Shown in pieces: positions 9,061-20,060 of a stretch of 57,337 nt of DNA. The position numbers and the translations under genes were made by a program. Below the pieces are notes generated by a model. The model worked only from the letters and a program-made list of their open reading frames with translations, did not search any database and was not told the origin of the DNA. Numbering within the stretch: position 1 is the stretch's first letter; every line of letters begins with the position of its first letter. The stretch comes from a virus (taxonomy: Duplodnaviria; Caudoviricetes): positions 1 to 57,337 of the IMG/VR virus record IMGVR_UViG_3300042402_000779. One strand, given 5' to 3'.

Positions 9061-9494
9061 TGGCTACTCGTAGAGAATGGAAAATAAATCCACTTGATTT
9101 AAAAAGGAACACTGCTATTGGTGTTATGCTACCATTGGGTGGTGAACCTTTGTTTAAACTATCATATACCACGGAAGAACAATCCATCTCTAACTTAAAA
9201 AATTTGTTGTTAACTCGAAAGGGTGAACGCCCATTTCAACCATTCTTTGGTACTGATGTTTATTCATTATTATTTGAACAACTTACCGATGACCTTGAAG
9301 AGTCTTTATCAAATTCATTAACAGCTGATATAAAGTTTTGGTTACCATATATTATAATCAATTCGATTTTAATAAATGTAAATGAAGACACTAATAGAGT
9401 AAACATATCATTGAATTACAAAGTAACCGAAACTGGTGCTAATAGAAACATAACAATGAATATATCATCACAAGGAAGTATGACATTAGTTTAA
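9060..9494 (+). CDS. baseplate wedge subunit, T4 gp25-like
   Basis: NLKNLLLTRKGERPFQPFFGT...LLFE, the gp25/GPW signature. Confidence 0.88.
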   Translation: MATRREWKINPLDLKRNTAIGVMLPLGGEPLFKLSYTTEEQSISNLKNLLLTRKGERPFQPFFGTDVYSLLFEQLTDDLEESLSNSLTADIKFWLPYIIINSILINVNEDTNRVNISLNYKVTETGANRNITMNISSQGSMTLV

Positions 9495-9503
9495 GGAATA
9501 TAA

Positions 9504-11423
9504 ATGGCAGACAAAGTAAAAAAAGAAGTAAACTTAATTGGTCGTGATTTTGGTGACATAAGACAAAATCTTATAGACTTTACAAAGAACTACTTCCCAC
9601 AAACATATAATGATTTTAATGAGGCTTCGCCTGGAATGATGTTCATGGAAATGGCATCATATGTTGGTGATGTACTTTCATATTATACCGATGTTCAATT
9701 AAGAGAATCAATTCTTGAAGAAGCTCAAGAAAAGAAAAACGTATTTACGATAGCTCAATCATTGGGATACAAACCCAAACTAAATGTTCCAGCAAATACC
9801 ACGCTGAGTGTGTATCAGCTTGTACCATCAAAGGGTGTTGGTGATAACGTTTCTCCTGATTTCGATTATGCTCTTACTGTAAAAGAAGGTATGAAGGTAT
9901 CATCGGTATCAAATCCAAACGTGACATTTTCTACTATAGAGAAAGTAAATTTCAGCTTTTCATCATCGTATGACCCAACTGAAGTAACTGTTTATCAAAT
10001 TGACGAGACAACTAACGAGCCGGTTTATTATCTACTTAAAAAGTACGTCAAGGCTGTTAGTGGTGAAGAAAAAACTGCTACGTTTACATTTACAACTCCA
10101 AAAATTTATGATAAAATCAAAATAGAAGATGATGGTCTGATTGATGTTATAAAAATAACTGATGATGATGGTGACGTGTGGTCAAAGGTAGAGTACCTCG
10201 CTCAAGACACTATATTTGAACAAGTACCCAATACCACAGACTATTCTTTACAAATGTCAGTATACGCTTCGGAAACTCCGTATTTGCTAAGACTTAAAAA
10301 AGTACCAAAAAGATTTGTTACACGAATCGTTGATGATGGTTCTATTGATGTTCAATTTGGTGCTGGAGTATCATCAAATGCTGATGAAGAAATTTTACCA
10401 AACCCAAGTAATGTGGGTTCTGCTTTATATACAGCTACATCAAATCTTGACCAAGGAATTGACCCATCTAACTTCTTATATTCAAAGACGTATGGAGTTG
10501 CTCCTGCTAACACTACACTAACTGTTACATATAGAGTCGGTAATGGTGTTGTTGATAATGTACCATCTCAAGATTTAACACAAGTATCGGATTTAATTTT
10601 AGAAAATGATTCAAGTGACTTGGACAACACGGTTGTTAGAGTAGTTGAACGTTCGGTGGCTGTAACCAATGAAGCTGCTGCTGGTGGTGGTAAGTATGAA
10701 GAGGATATTGAAGACGTTCGTCAAAATGCTATATCATATTTTAGAGCCCAAAATAGAGCAGTAACTCGTGAGGACTATGTGTTAAGAGCATATGCAATGC
10801 CACCACAATTTGGGTCGGTTTCTAAAGCATACGTTGCTCCTGATTTTCAAGTATCAACATCTTTAGATGGAACTTACATTTCAAAAGGTGGTATTCCAAA
10901 TCCGTTAGCTATCAACTTCTATGTTCTTGGATATGACGCTAATCAAAGATTGAAAAACTTAAACACCGCAACAAAAGAAAATCTTAAAAACTATTTGTCA
11001 TATTATAGAATCCTAACCGATGCTGTTAATATTAAAAATGCTCATATTGTAAACGTTGGTATTGACTTTGAAATTATTGTATTACCAAATTACAATTCAA
11101 ATGAGGTTTTATTAAGATGTGTTGATGCTCTTAAAAAATATTTCCATATTGATAATATGCAAATTAATCAACCAATAAACTTATCAGATGTGTATGTATT
11201 ATTGGATGGTGTAAAAGGAGTTCAGAGTGTTATTAGACCGAATGAAAATGGTGAGGGTGGTCTACAAATAGTAAACAAATATGATGGGTTATATTCATCT
11301 AACAAATACGACATGAAAAATGCTACACGGAATGGTATGATATACCCACCAAAAGACCCTGCTATTTTTGAAGTAAAATATCCTGACACGGACATCCGTG
11401 GTAAGGTAGTTAGATTGTTTTAA
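9504..11423 (+). CDS. baseplate wedge protein, T4 gp6/baseplate J-like
   Basis: RDFGDIRQNL, YVGDVLSYY, AQSLGYKP, VQFG, AQNRAVTREDY. Confidence 0.88.
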   Translation: MADKVKKEVNLIGRDFGDIRQNLIDFTKNYFPQTYNDFNEASPGMMFMEMASYVGDVLSYYTDVQLRESILEEAQEKKNVFTIAQSLGYKPKLNVPANTTLSVYQLVPSKGVGDNVSPDFDYALTVKEGMKVSSVSNPNVTFSTIEKVNFSFSSSYDPTEVTVYQIDETTNEPVYYLLKKYVKAVSGEEKTATFTFTTPKIYDKIKIEDDGLIDVIKITDDDGDVWSKVEYLAQDTIFEQVPNTTDYSLQMSVYASETPYLLRLKKVPKRFVTRIVDDGSIDVQFGAGVSSNADEEILPNPSNVGSALYTATSNLDQGIDPSNFLYSKTYGVAPANTTLTVTYRVGNGVVDNVPSQDLTQVSDLILENDSSDLDNTVVRVVERSVAVTNEAAAGGGKYEEDIEDVRQNAISYFRAQNRAVTREDYVLRAYAMPPQFGSVSKAYVAPDFQVSTSLDGTYISKGGIPNPLAINFYVLGYDANQRLKNLNTATKENLKNYLSYYRILTDAVNIKNAHIVNVGIDFEIIVLPNYNSNEVLLRCVDALKKYFHIDNMQINQPINLSDVYVLLDGVKGVQSVIRPNENGEGGLQIVNKYDGLYSSNKYDMKNATRNGMIYPPKDPAIFEVKYPDTDIRGKVVRLF

Positions 11424-11433
11424 GAGGTAAGAA

Positions 11434-13527
11434 ATGATTTATAGACTTTATCCAAAGAAAGACGCAACAATCTACGAAGATACACTTCGTAAGAATCAGA
11501 ACACCGGCAAGGATGAGATTCTTGAAGTTGTAAAATTATATGATACTGATAACACTACGTTGTTAGGAAACAGTCGTGTTTTATTACAATACGACTTATC
11601 AGAAATCAGTCAGTCTATCGTTGATGGTGATATCAGCGGAAATATAAAATATTATCTACACCTTGAATCTATTGATGAAACTGAAGTAGCTCCAAACTAC
11701 ACACTATATGTTTATCCAATCAAAGAATCTTGGGAAGAGGGTGTTGGTTCTGAACCAGATACCCCACACAACACTCAAGGTGTATCTTGGGTATATCGTG
11801 ATGGTGTTACTGAATGGAATATTGTAGAATCTAATTCGTTCAATGGTTTAAATGCTAATACTGTTCCAGGTCTGCTTGGTTATTATGATTTTATATCTAC
11901 AACATCCCCATTCCAACTTGTAGACCAAATCAATGGTATTAATGGCATAGCTCCTGTACTTCAAGTAAACAATGCTTACCATATGGAATTATCTGCGTCT
12001 TACTATGGTGGTGGTACTGCTAACCTTTCAGCTTCATTACAAAGTGGTTCTACATACTATGTAAATTTTGAAATAAACCCAAATACCATAGAAGCAATTG
12101 ACTTTAGAATTCAGAGACCGAGTGGTTTATATTTCACATCAAATGAGGTTACAAATTACACCTCATCTATCAGAACAGCATCTACACAATCAGTATCGTT
12201 TACACCAAATACCACCGGAAATCATAACATACAATTTACTTTCTTCGACCAAGACGCAAGTAATGGAGTAACTGCTACAATTGATAACTTCTTTTTGTAT
12301 AAACAACAAGAAGCGGGCGTACTGCTAAACGATACTTTTGTAATTACCGGCACACCTGCTTCCGCCAGTTACTTTTTAAGTGAACCAATCACAGGAAGTT
12401 TAGGTGAGGTTGCTACTATATTTGTTAGTCAAAGTAGACTAAACATGAGCGCTTCTAATTTTGGTGGAGCTACATTAGTTAAAAGATTTGAATTGTATGG
12501 TGGTGTTGGATATACCGCCAGTTTTAATTTGAATAGCGGTAATATGTTTGCTTCGTCATCCGATGCAAGTAGTTCAATAGCATTTTCAATATTAGAACCG
12601 GATGGTAGACAATTACAATCTACTGAAATAAATGGATACTCACAATATATAAGTGGGTCATCGCCACACACTTCAAGTTTTGTAGCATCACAAGATGGTT
12701 ATTACTTTTTTAGATGGACATACTTCAATGATACAGTTGGTGACGCTAGTGCTTCTTTGTCATCATTTTTATTAAGAACCGACCCGGCATTATACCCAAC
12801 TGGTTCATACTATACTGATAAGACATTTGAATCAAGATATAATGTAAATCAAGGTGGTGGTACTTGGTACACATCTTCATGGGGAACAAATACATCGTAT
12901 TCACAATCCTTTGATAGATACGTTCAAAATTTAAATGTTGAAGTTACCGACTACGTTAATGATTGGTTGGTTGGTGATAGAACTAACAATGGGTTTATTG
13001 TATTAAAAAGTAGAATTGATGAATCGTCTACAAAGAAATTTGGGTCGATGAAATATTTCTCAACTGATACTCATACGATATACCCACCGACCCTTGATAT
13101 TAGGTGGAATGACTTTACATTCACAACTGGTTCATTGTCACCTCTAGCAAGTGCAAGTGGTGCTGATGATATTATATTATATCTTAAAGGATTGACAACT
13201 GAATATAAAGAAAGCTCTAAAGCAAAAGTTAGAGTTTTTGGTAGAGAGAGATATGCTACAAGAACGTTCTCATCATCACCTACTAAAGTTGTAAAATACT
13301 TACCACAAACGACATATTACTCATTGGTAGATTCCGAAACCAATCAAGTAATTATTCCGTTCCATGATACTTATACAAAGATAAGTTGTGATTCAACCTC
13401 AAATTATTTTAATTTTTGGTTTAATGGGTTACAACCAGAAAGATTCTATAAGTTTGTATTTAAAGTTGTCATGAATGGTACTACAAAATACTATGATGAT
13501 AATTTTTATTTCAAAGTGGTTAAATAA
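11434..13527 (+). CDS. virion protein, DNRLRE-like domain interrupted by two beta-sandwich repeats
   Basis: KDATIYE...SRVLLQYDLS...SWEEG at the N-terminus; VTDYVNDW..NNGFIV..FST..PPTLDI after an ~330-aa insertion. Confidence 0.6.
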   Translation: MIYRLYPKKDATIYEDTLRKNQNTGKDEILEVVKLYDTDNTTLLGNSRVLLQYDLSEISQSIVDGDISGNIKYYLHLESIDETEVAPNYTLYVYPIKESWEEGVGSEPDTPHNTQGVSWVYRDGVTEWNIVESNSFNGLNANTVPGLLGYYDFISTTSPFQLVDQINGINGIAPVLQVNNAYHMELSASYYGGGTANLSASLQSGSTYYVNFEINPNTIEAIDFRIQRPSGLYFTSNEVTNYTSSIRTASTQSVSFTPNTTGNHNIQFTFFDQDASNGVTATIDNFFLYKQQEAGVLLNDTFVITGTPASASYFLSEPITGSLGEVATIFVSQSRLNMSASNFGGATLVKRFELYGGVGYTASFNLNSGNMFASSSDASSSIAFSILEPDGRQLQSTEINGYSQYISGSSPHTSSFVASQDGYYFFRWTYFNDTVGDASASLSSFLLRTDPALYPTGSYYTDKTFESRYNVNQGGGTWYTSSWGTNTSYSQSFDRYVQNLNVEVTDYVNDWLVGDRTNNGFIVLKSRIDESSTKKFGSMKYFSTDTHTIYPPTLDIRWNDFTFTTGSLSPLASASGADDIILYLKGLTTEYKESSKAKVRVFGRERYATRTFSSSPTKVVKYLPQTTYYSLVDSETNQVIIPFHDTYTKISCDSTSNYFNFWFNGLQPERFYKFVFKVVMNGTTKYYDDNFYFKVVK

Positions 13528-13961
13528 TGGCAGTTGAAAGAAGTATTAAAAGGAATGGTAGGGGTCAGATAATATCATACCCCGTTTCATTTGATGAAAA
13601 TGGAACTCCGTTACAACAATACGGAAAGCTTGGTATTGGTGCTGGAGATTCAACGGATACTGAAAAATACACAAAGTATTCTTTTTTCAACGAATTCATA
13701 GATACAATTTCAGATGAGTTAAGACAAAAGCCAACCATTGTAAATATAAATCCGGCCCCAATATATACAACGGAAATTATAGTAACTGAAGAGGGTACTA
13801 CAACATCCAATACAAATACAGGTACAACTTCAGGTGGTATCGGTGTACCAATCGTATATCCACCATTTGGACAAGCTGGCGTTCAAAATGGACAACTCCG
13901 ACAATATCAAGGTGTGACTTATAGATGGAATGGTTACGCTTGGGAAACACAACAGGTTTAA
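13527..13961 (+). CDS. hypothetical virion-associated protein
   Basis: Coupled ORF in the tail cluster with a C-terminal YRWNGYAW motif. Confidence 0.6.
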   Translation: MAVERSIKRNGRGQIISYPVSFDENGTPLQQYGKLGIGAGDSTDTEKYTKYSFFNEFIDTISDELRQKPTIVNINPAPIYTTEIIVTEEGTTTSNTNTGTTSGGIGVPIVYPPFGQAGVQNGQLRQYQGVTYRWNGYAWETQQV

Positions 13962-13962
13962 T

Positions 13963-16900
13963 ATGTCATTAAATAGATTTACAAATATAGACGACATTAC
14001 GGGATATGTTCCGGTATTTGGTGAGACTATTCCATCAAGTAGTAAAGATGCCTTATCAAAAACAATATTAAAAATCACCGAAAATGATTTGAGAGGTGTT
14101 TACGATGAGGGTGATGTGGATACTGTTTCCGAACTACACATATACGCTGGTGAAAATCGTATACAATCCTACTATAGTAATCCGTTAGATTACATTGGGT
14201 CTAAACTATACATTCAGCCAGAAAAAGATATTAGAGATGCTGGAATTAATCAAGGTACATATTCTTTGGTTTATAATTTCCTACAAAGGTTTAATGGTAC
14301 TCCTAAAAATTCAGATGTAATTGTAAGTAGAATATCAGCCGATAGAACGGAATTAAAATTATCCTTTAAATCTCCAACATCTGGAAAAGCTAGTGCTGGT
14401 AACATTCCACAATTATCCTCTGGGTCAACCGGAGAGCTTGACATTGAGGATGAACTTGCGCCTGCTGAAAAAGATTTTAACTTATTAAATGAAGTCTACA
14501 ATACAAATAGTGTTCAAAACTCTTTTAATAGGTCTACCAATATTCATAGAGATTTTGTATTAAACTTTGGTGACAATAACCTATATGATGTTGTATCCAT
14601 GGAGTTTTTTGGCGCTCCTGTTGGTGTTGTAGAAACTGAATTACAATGTCCTCGTGGTACTTTCCAAAATGTAAGTACACGATTTCTAAAAACAAACCAC
14701 GCTGATTCTGATGGTGATTTTTTGTTCATAGAAATATTTACCCCACCTACAGTTATCGGTGGCTCTAACACAAATCAAGATTTAGCCGGAAAAGCAACTG
14801 GTCGTTTTTATTACTATAAATTAGAATCAACGGGTGTTAATGGTGGCTATGGGTTTACTCGTAAGGGTGGTTTGGTTGATGTGGATAATCTACCGGATGG
14901 TGTTTACGCTCCTGACTTGGAAACTAAAATATTAAATTTAACAGCCGGATTTGATAAGGTAACTTATTCAAGATTTGAAGCATCACCATCAAAGTACACT
15001 TCATTGATTGTTAAATTAACAAAACCATTAGGTAACGAAGTACAAGTCAGAAATAGCGTATCGGTATGTGGTCGTTTGTTAAAATCATATGTAGAAAAGA
15101 TTATAGTATTTCCGGAATCATCGGTGAGGCCGGATAGAGATGACTTTTCAGAACCAAACTTTGCTATAGATGTAACATCAAATTCGGGCAATTCAACCGA
15201 TTGGCAAACTTGGAATAGTTTGTTGGATGCTGATATGACAACATCCCAACAAATCATAAATCATTATTTTAGTGGGTCACTTGGTCAAACTAAATTAAAC
15301 ATAGACTATTCTGATTTTGCCAATTTTATACACTTCTCATCAGCAACCGAACGTGTTGATAATTTTGTGTATAAAATTAGACAAGTTGAAAATTACAATT
15401 CAAGAATAAATTTACTAACAGGTGTTAGTGGTTCTGAAGCAATAACAAACATATCTCAATCGATTGTTCGTAGAGATAGAATCATTGGTGGCTTTGACGA
15501 CTTCGAATCATGGATGTACTATGATGTAACTAAAAATAATTATACGTTTTGGTCATCATCGGCATACCAGATTGAACCATATCCAAAGGTATCAACATAT
15601 CCTCACGTTTTGAGACATCTTACAAGTTCACAAGCTGAATCTTGGTATGCTGGTGTTTATCAGTCAGCGTCTTTATATGATGAATTAAACGACTCTCGAT
15701 TAAGAAACTTTATTCCAATCCATCTACAAGAAGATGACACCAATTCCGACTACATCACATTTGTAGACATGATTGGTCAACACTTTGATGTTTATTGGAC
15801 TTACATAAAAGCTCTTACTGATATAAACAAACGTGAAGAGCATCCCAAAGATGGTATGCCTGATGAAGTTTTAAAATCAGTAGCACAATCGTTGGGGTGG
15901 CAATTATCAAATGGTTACTCGGATGTGAATCTTTGGAAATACGCTTTAGGGGTTGAGAATAATGGTACACTATATCAAACCGGCTCTTTACAATCTAAAG
16001 CTAGAGAACAAATTACCCACGAAACTTGGAGACGTATTGTAAATACAATTCCAATGTTGTATAAGACAAAAGGTACGGCTCGGTCAATAAAAGCTATTCT
16101 TGCATCATATGGTATCCCACAAGCATTTTTACAAATTCGTGAATGGGGTGGGCCTGCTATTAATGAAAAAAAGAATATCTATGAACATGAGAGATTCTTG
16201 TATAAACTTGAATTAAGTAAAGACCAGTATTCAACACATCCATGGGGAACTATAAATACTCAACGACCATCGACCATTGAAATTATTGGTAAAATGCCAA
16301 TGGGAGATTATCACATCATGCGATTGACAAGTGGTTCTGATTATCTTGATTATTTTTGGGACTATAACTCCAATTCAAAACAAGCACGAATTAGAGCGGG
16401 TATCAATGGTAGTAATATAATCAGTTCAAGTTATGTACCATACAAAACAAGACGTGACGTTGTATTCACAATAGCATCTTCAAGTCTATCAATAAATGCA
16501 GCTATGGTTGATGATTTTGGATTTATTTTGGCAAACCCAACAGCATCGACCTCAACATCAAATAGTACATTAAATTCTATATGGTCAGTTGCAAAAGCTA
16601 CGTTACAAGTTCCTGGTCCATACACATTCCCATCGAACAATTATACAGCAAGTGTTCAAGAAGTTAGATATTATACGAGTGTTTTAAGTAATGAGATTGT
16701 ACAAGAACACGCTAAAAATAGAGAAGCGTATTTTGCTGACGACAATACAACTGACCTGAATATGTTGACAGCATATGATAAGTTATTATACAGAATCTAT
16801 CCAGATAGTTCATTTAACTCATCATCTATTGTATCAGTTCATCCAAATCAAAAAGTAACACAAACCGACCAAGGTTCTATATTAAGTGCTTCATTTGTTA

Positions 16901-18111
16901 ATGTCTCATCATCAAATCTTGTTGGAGAGGTGGATACTCAATGGGTAACGATTCCATCGGTGGGTGCTCTGAATCTAATGAATAACAAAATTAGAATTGA
17001 GTCCGCTTCACTAAAAGGTGTACTAAACCCAGACTATAGTGTTGAGAAAAGTGAATACGATTATGCTCCTTTAGATTCAAATCTAATTGGAACATACTTT
17101 TCAACTGTTGATACAATCAACTATGACATATATAATTCCGAAGGTTATTTTGAAATTGATGATTGGGTTGGTGATTCTGATGAAAGATTCAATGATGACT
17201 ATCCGCTACTAAAATTCAAAGCTAGAAACTACTTTCAAAAGTATACAACCGGTACTGCTATTGATTTAATCATGGATATGTTAGCTCGTTATGATATGTC
17301 AGTATTCGAACAAATCAGACAACTACTGCCGGCTCGTGTTGATTGGCGTAAGGGAATTTTAATAGAACCACACGTTCTTGAGAGAAGCAAATACCGTAGA
17401 CCTCGTGGTATATCATACACTAAACATGACTACTCCGCTAATATTGGTAGAGTTTTACCATCAATAATAGCTTCAAGACAAGACTATGGTTTAAGAAGTG
17501 GTTCGTCCGATATAACTGATGGTACAATTGACCTATACAACTATCAATCCGCTACCTACAAATATTACATTGCTCAATTAAGTTCATCTGGTGAATACTT
17601 TACAACAACAAATGGTTATTGGGAATACATTCCAACCGGTAGTAGTGCTTTGAGAGCTAGACCATCTCAAAATGGTGGACAAGTTGTATCTTTATTTTAT
17701 AGTACGGCTGCTTCTGCTAGTTTTGGATTACCATACTCGTCTTCGTATAAAGCGGCTGAAGGCTCCGACTATCAAGGTCTTGCTCTTGAAAATTTAAAAT
17801 ATAATGGATGTAGAGTTAGTTCGGATTCATTAACAACCAATTCGCCTGATACACCTGATGGTGGTCCTGTAATTGTGGTTACAAAAGTAAAACCAAATAA
17901 ATTGGTATTCTCTACCACAACTGCAGGCGGTGGTGTTCTTGATGTGAAGAGTCCTACTGGAAAAGTTGTCAAGGCAATGAATCCTAAAAACTTGGTTGCT
18001 ACTAATTATAAAGGTAGTGGTTCTGCTAGTGCTGGTATAATTAAGTCTCAAGCAAGTCTATTTAAGGCAGAACCTATCAAGAATGTGAAAAGTAACATAC
18101 AAAGACTATAA
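13963..18111 (+). CDS. large baseplate/tail protein (gp7-like)
   Basis: DMIGQHFD, AQSLGW and LYKTKGTARSIKAILASYG resemble the P2 gpI/T4 gp7 'KGT' motif; likely start is ATG 13963 rather than 13930. Confidence 0.65.
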   Translation: MSLNRFTNIDDITGYVPVFGETIPSSSKDALSKTILKITENDLRGVYDEGDVDTVSELHIYAGENRIQSYYSNPLDYIGSKLYIQPEKDIRDAGINQGTYSLVYNFLQRFNGTPKNSDVIVSRISADRTELKLSFKSPTSGKASAGNIPQLSSGSTGELDIEDELAPAEKDFNLLNEVYNTNSVQNSFNRSTNIHRDFVLNFGDNNLYDVVSMEFFGAPVGVVETELQCPRGTFQNVSTRFLKTNHADSDGDFLFIEIFTPPTVIGGSNTNQDLAGKATGRFYYYKLESTGVNGGYGFTRKGGLVDVDNLPDGVYAPDLETKILNLTAGFDKVTYSRFEASPSKYTSLIVKLTKPLGNEVQVRNSVSVCGRLLKSYVEKIIVFPESSVRPDRDDFSEPNFAIDVTSNSGNSTDWQTWNSLLDADMTTSQQIINHYFSGSLGQTKLNIDYSDFANFIHFSSATERVDNFVYKIRQVENYNSRINLLTGVSGSEAITNISQSIVRRDRIIGGFDDFESWMYYDVTKNNYTFWSSSAYQIEPYPKVSTYPHVLRHLTSSQAESWYAGVYQSASLYDELNDSRLRNFIPIHLQEDDTNSDYITFVDMIGQHFDVYWTYIKALTDINKREEHPKDGMPDEVLKSVAQSLGWQLSNGYSDVNLWKYALGVENNGTLYQTGSLQSKAREQITHETWRRIVNTIPMLYKTKGTARSIKAILASYGIPQAFLQIREWGGPAINEKKNIYEHERFLYKLELSKDQYSTHPWGTINTQRPSTIEIIGKMPMGDYHIMRLTSGSDYLDYFWDYNSNSKQARIRAGINGSNIISSSYVPYKTRRDVVFTIASSSLSINAAMVDDFGFILANPTASTSTSNSTLNSIWSVAKATLQVPGPYTFPSNNYTASVQEVRYYTSVLSNEIVQEHAKNREAYFADDNTTDLNMLTAYDKLLYRIYPDSSFNSSSIVSVHPNQKVTQTDQGSILSASFVNVSSSNLVGEVDTQWVTIPSVGALNLMNNKIRIESASLKGVLNPDYSVEKSEYDYAPLDSNLIGTYFSTVDTINYDIYNSEGYFEIDDWVGDSDERFNDDYPLLKFKARNYFQKYTTGTAIDLIMDMLARYDMSVFEQIRQLLPARVDWRKGILIEPHVLERSKYRRPRGISYTKHDYSANIGRVLPSIIASRQDYGLRSGSSDITDGTIDLYNYQSATYKYYIAQLSSSGEYFTTTNGYWEYIPTGSSALRARPSQNGGQVVSLFYSTAASASFGLPYSSSYKAAEGSDYQGLALENLKYNGCRVSSDSLTTNSPDTPDGGPVIVVTKVKPNKLVFSTTTAGGGVLDVKSPTGKVVKAMNPKNLVATNYKGSGSASAGIIKSQASLFKAEPIKNVKSNIQRL

Positions 18112-18130
18112 CATAAAAAAGAAAAAACAA

Positions 18131-18137
18131 TATTTAT
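18131..18137 (+). promoter_or_regulatory. candidate late promoter TATTTAT
   Basis: Intergenic, 23 nt before ATG 18161. Confidence 0.6.
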
Positions 18138-18160
18138 ATTATATAAATTAGGAAAACAAC

Positions 18161-18832
18161 ATGGGATTTTTAGATAACTCATCAGTAACTGTAGACGCTA
18201 TCCTTACAAAAAAGGGTAGAGAGTTACTTGCACAAGGTCGTGACAAATTTCAAATTACTCAATTCGCATTAGCCGATGATGAGGTCGATTACGAATTATG
18301 GAATCCAGCCCATCCGCTAGGGACTGACTACTATGGTATTATCATTGAAAATATGCCTGTAGTTGAAGCCATCACGGATGAAAACTACTCGATGAAATAC
18401 AAGTTATTGTCTCTTCCAAAGACTACATTAAAACTACCATACATTCAAGCATCGGTAACAACTTTAACTTTGGATGAATCGGGTAGAACCGCTACAATTG
18501 ATTTGACAACCAAAAATGGTGGTAATGAAAATCTTGGATATACTGCAATCTTATTGAATTCGGACGCTGCAAGTATTTCGGGTAATCCTGGTGTTCCTGG
18601 TGGTGTTAATCCTATCGTGAACGTTTCTTCATATTCAAGAAACTTGACTCAAAGTGTTGTTGGTAAAAACCAAATCAAAATAACTACTAAAGTTCTTCCG
18701 ACAAGAACTGCTATTACAACTCGTATTGTTGTAATTGGTAACGAAACTGGTGGTAGAGTTGAAATTGATTTGACTGTGACTCCGATTAATGATGTAATCA
18801 CTGCAACAAGAACCACATCAACATTTTCATAA
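18161..18832 (+). CDS. baseplate/tail structural protein
   Basis: DAILTKKGRELLA...ITQFALAD resembles the N-terminus of tail-collar/fibre attachment domains. Confidence 0.55.
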   Translation: MGFLDNSSVTVDAILTKKGRELLAQGRDKFQITQFALADDEVDYELWNPAHPLGTDYYGIIIENMPVVEAITDENYSMKYKLLSLPKTTLKLPYIQASVTTLTLDESGRTATIDLTTKNGGNENLGYTAILLNSDAASISGNPGVPGGVNPIVNVSSYSRNLTQSVVGKNQIKITTKVLPTRTAITTRIVVIGNETGGRVEIDLTVTPINDVITATRTTSTFS

Positions 18833-18848
18833 TTAAGGAAGGAATAAA

Positions 18849-20048
18849 ATGCCAGTAGTAAGTTTAGGACAAGGACAAGGTGGAGCAGGTACAGGTGGAA
18901 CTATGTTTGGTGGTGCTCTATCAGGCGCAACATCAGCAGGTAATGCTCAACCATCAGCCGCAAGTCTATTAGCAAACGATATTAAACAAGATGCAACTCC
19001 AACTGTACCTGCGGGTGCTTATGATTATGGAAGTGGTAAAGTTTATAACGCATTCACTATTGAAGATGTAGTAGAAGGTGGTACTCAACGAGTAACTCGT
19101 GGATTGTGGAGTGGTAATGTTGCGGAATTAACAACATTCTTTACATCATCATATCAATCCTCTACTCAAAAACAATACTATTATGAAATCTATAATGGTA
19201 TTCCAACTGCTTCTGTATCAGAACCACAATTTGCAATAGCTTATGGTCATAGATTGGGTAGTGGTTCTTATGGTCAGAATGAGGATTCCCCATCTAAAGC
19301 AATCTATTCACAATTTCAACAAATCTTATTACCATCAAATCAAAGAACATTTACATTTGGCGGTGTTACTCAAGATGACGTTTATGTAATTGCTATCAAC
19401 AGAGCCAGATTAAAAGACAAACTTGATCCTGGAAACTGGGAACTTTGTATTTCGGGTTCACCTCATGGAGTTTTACGTTTAGTGGATGATAGTGGTGATA
19501 CAAACCAAACCGGAATCTCATCTGCTGCAAGTTATAATGTTGTAAGTGGTTCTCTATTGAATGGTGTGTATAGTACAGGTGTATATGGTGCTGTATATCC
19601 ACAACAAGGTATAATCGTTTTAAGTGCTACAAAATTAGATGCAAGTGCGTCAATGCTTACTGAAAGAAGTTCAAGTTCTGTAACTGCTTCTTTGACCGGT
19701 GGTGAAGATAGACACAACCATAAGAAGTTGTTCACAAGAATTAGTTCATCTGCTGTTTTAGTTGCTACTAATGGTTTCCAAGCGAGAAACGAAGAAGAAG
19801 TAAAATCAACATTCTTCTTTGTGAGAGCTAAAAACGCAGAATACAATTTTTCAAACAACCCATCATTTGTAACTGGTTCCAATGGTCAGTTAAAACAACA
19901 AACATTTGTTGGTGACCCTAAAGTATACATTACACAGGTTGGTCTTTACAATAATGACAATCAATTATTAGCTGTTGCTAAACTATCCAAGCCAATCTTA
20001 AAATCATTCTCGAATGAAATTTTGATTAAGGTTAAATTAGACTTTTAA
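18849..20048 (+). CDS. tail/baseplate structural protein
   Basis: C-terminal YITQVGLYN...LLAVAKL domain, paralogous to the end of ORF 20636. Confidence 0.6.
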   Translation: MPVVSLGQGQGGAGTGGTMFGGALSGATSAGNAQPSAASLLANDIKQDATPTVPAGAYDYGSGKVYNAFTIEDVVEGGTQRVTRGLWSGNVAELTTFFTSSYQSSTQKQYYYEIYNGIPTASVSEPQFAIAYGHRLGSGSYGQNEDSPSKAIYSQFQQILLPSNQRTFTFGGVTQDDVYVIAINRARLKDKLDPGNWELCISGSPHGVLRLVDDSGDTNQTGISSAASYNVVSGSLLNGVYSTGVYGAVYPQQGIIVLSATKLDASASMLTERSSSSVTASLTGGEDRHNHKKLFTRISSSAVLVATNGFQARNEEEVKSTFFFVRAKNAEYNFSNNPSFVTGSNGQLKQQTFVGDPKVYITQVGLYNNDNQLLAVAKLSKPILKSFSNEILIKVKLDF

Positions 20049-20060
20049 AGATGAACCCAA

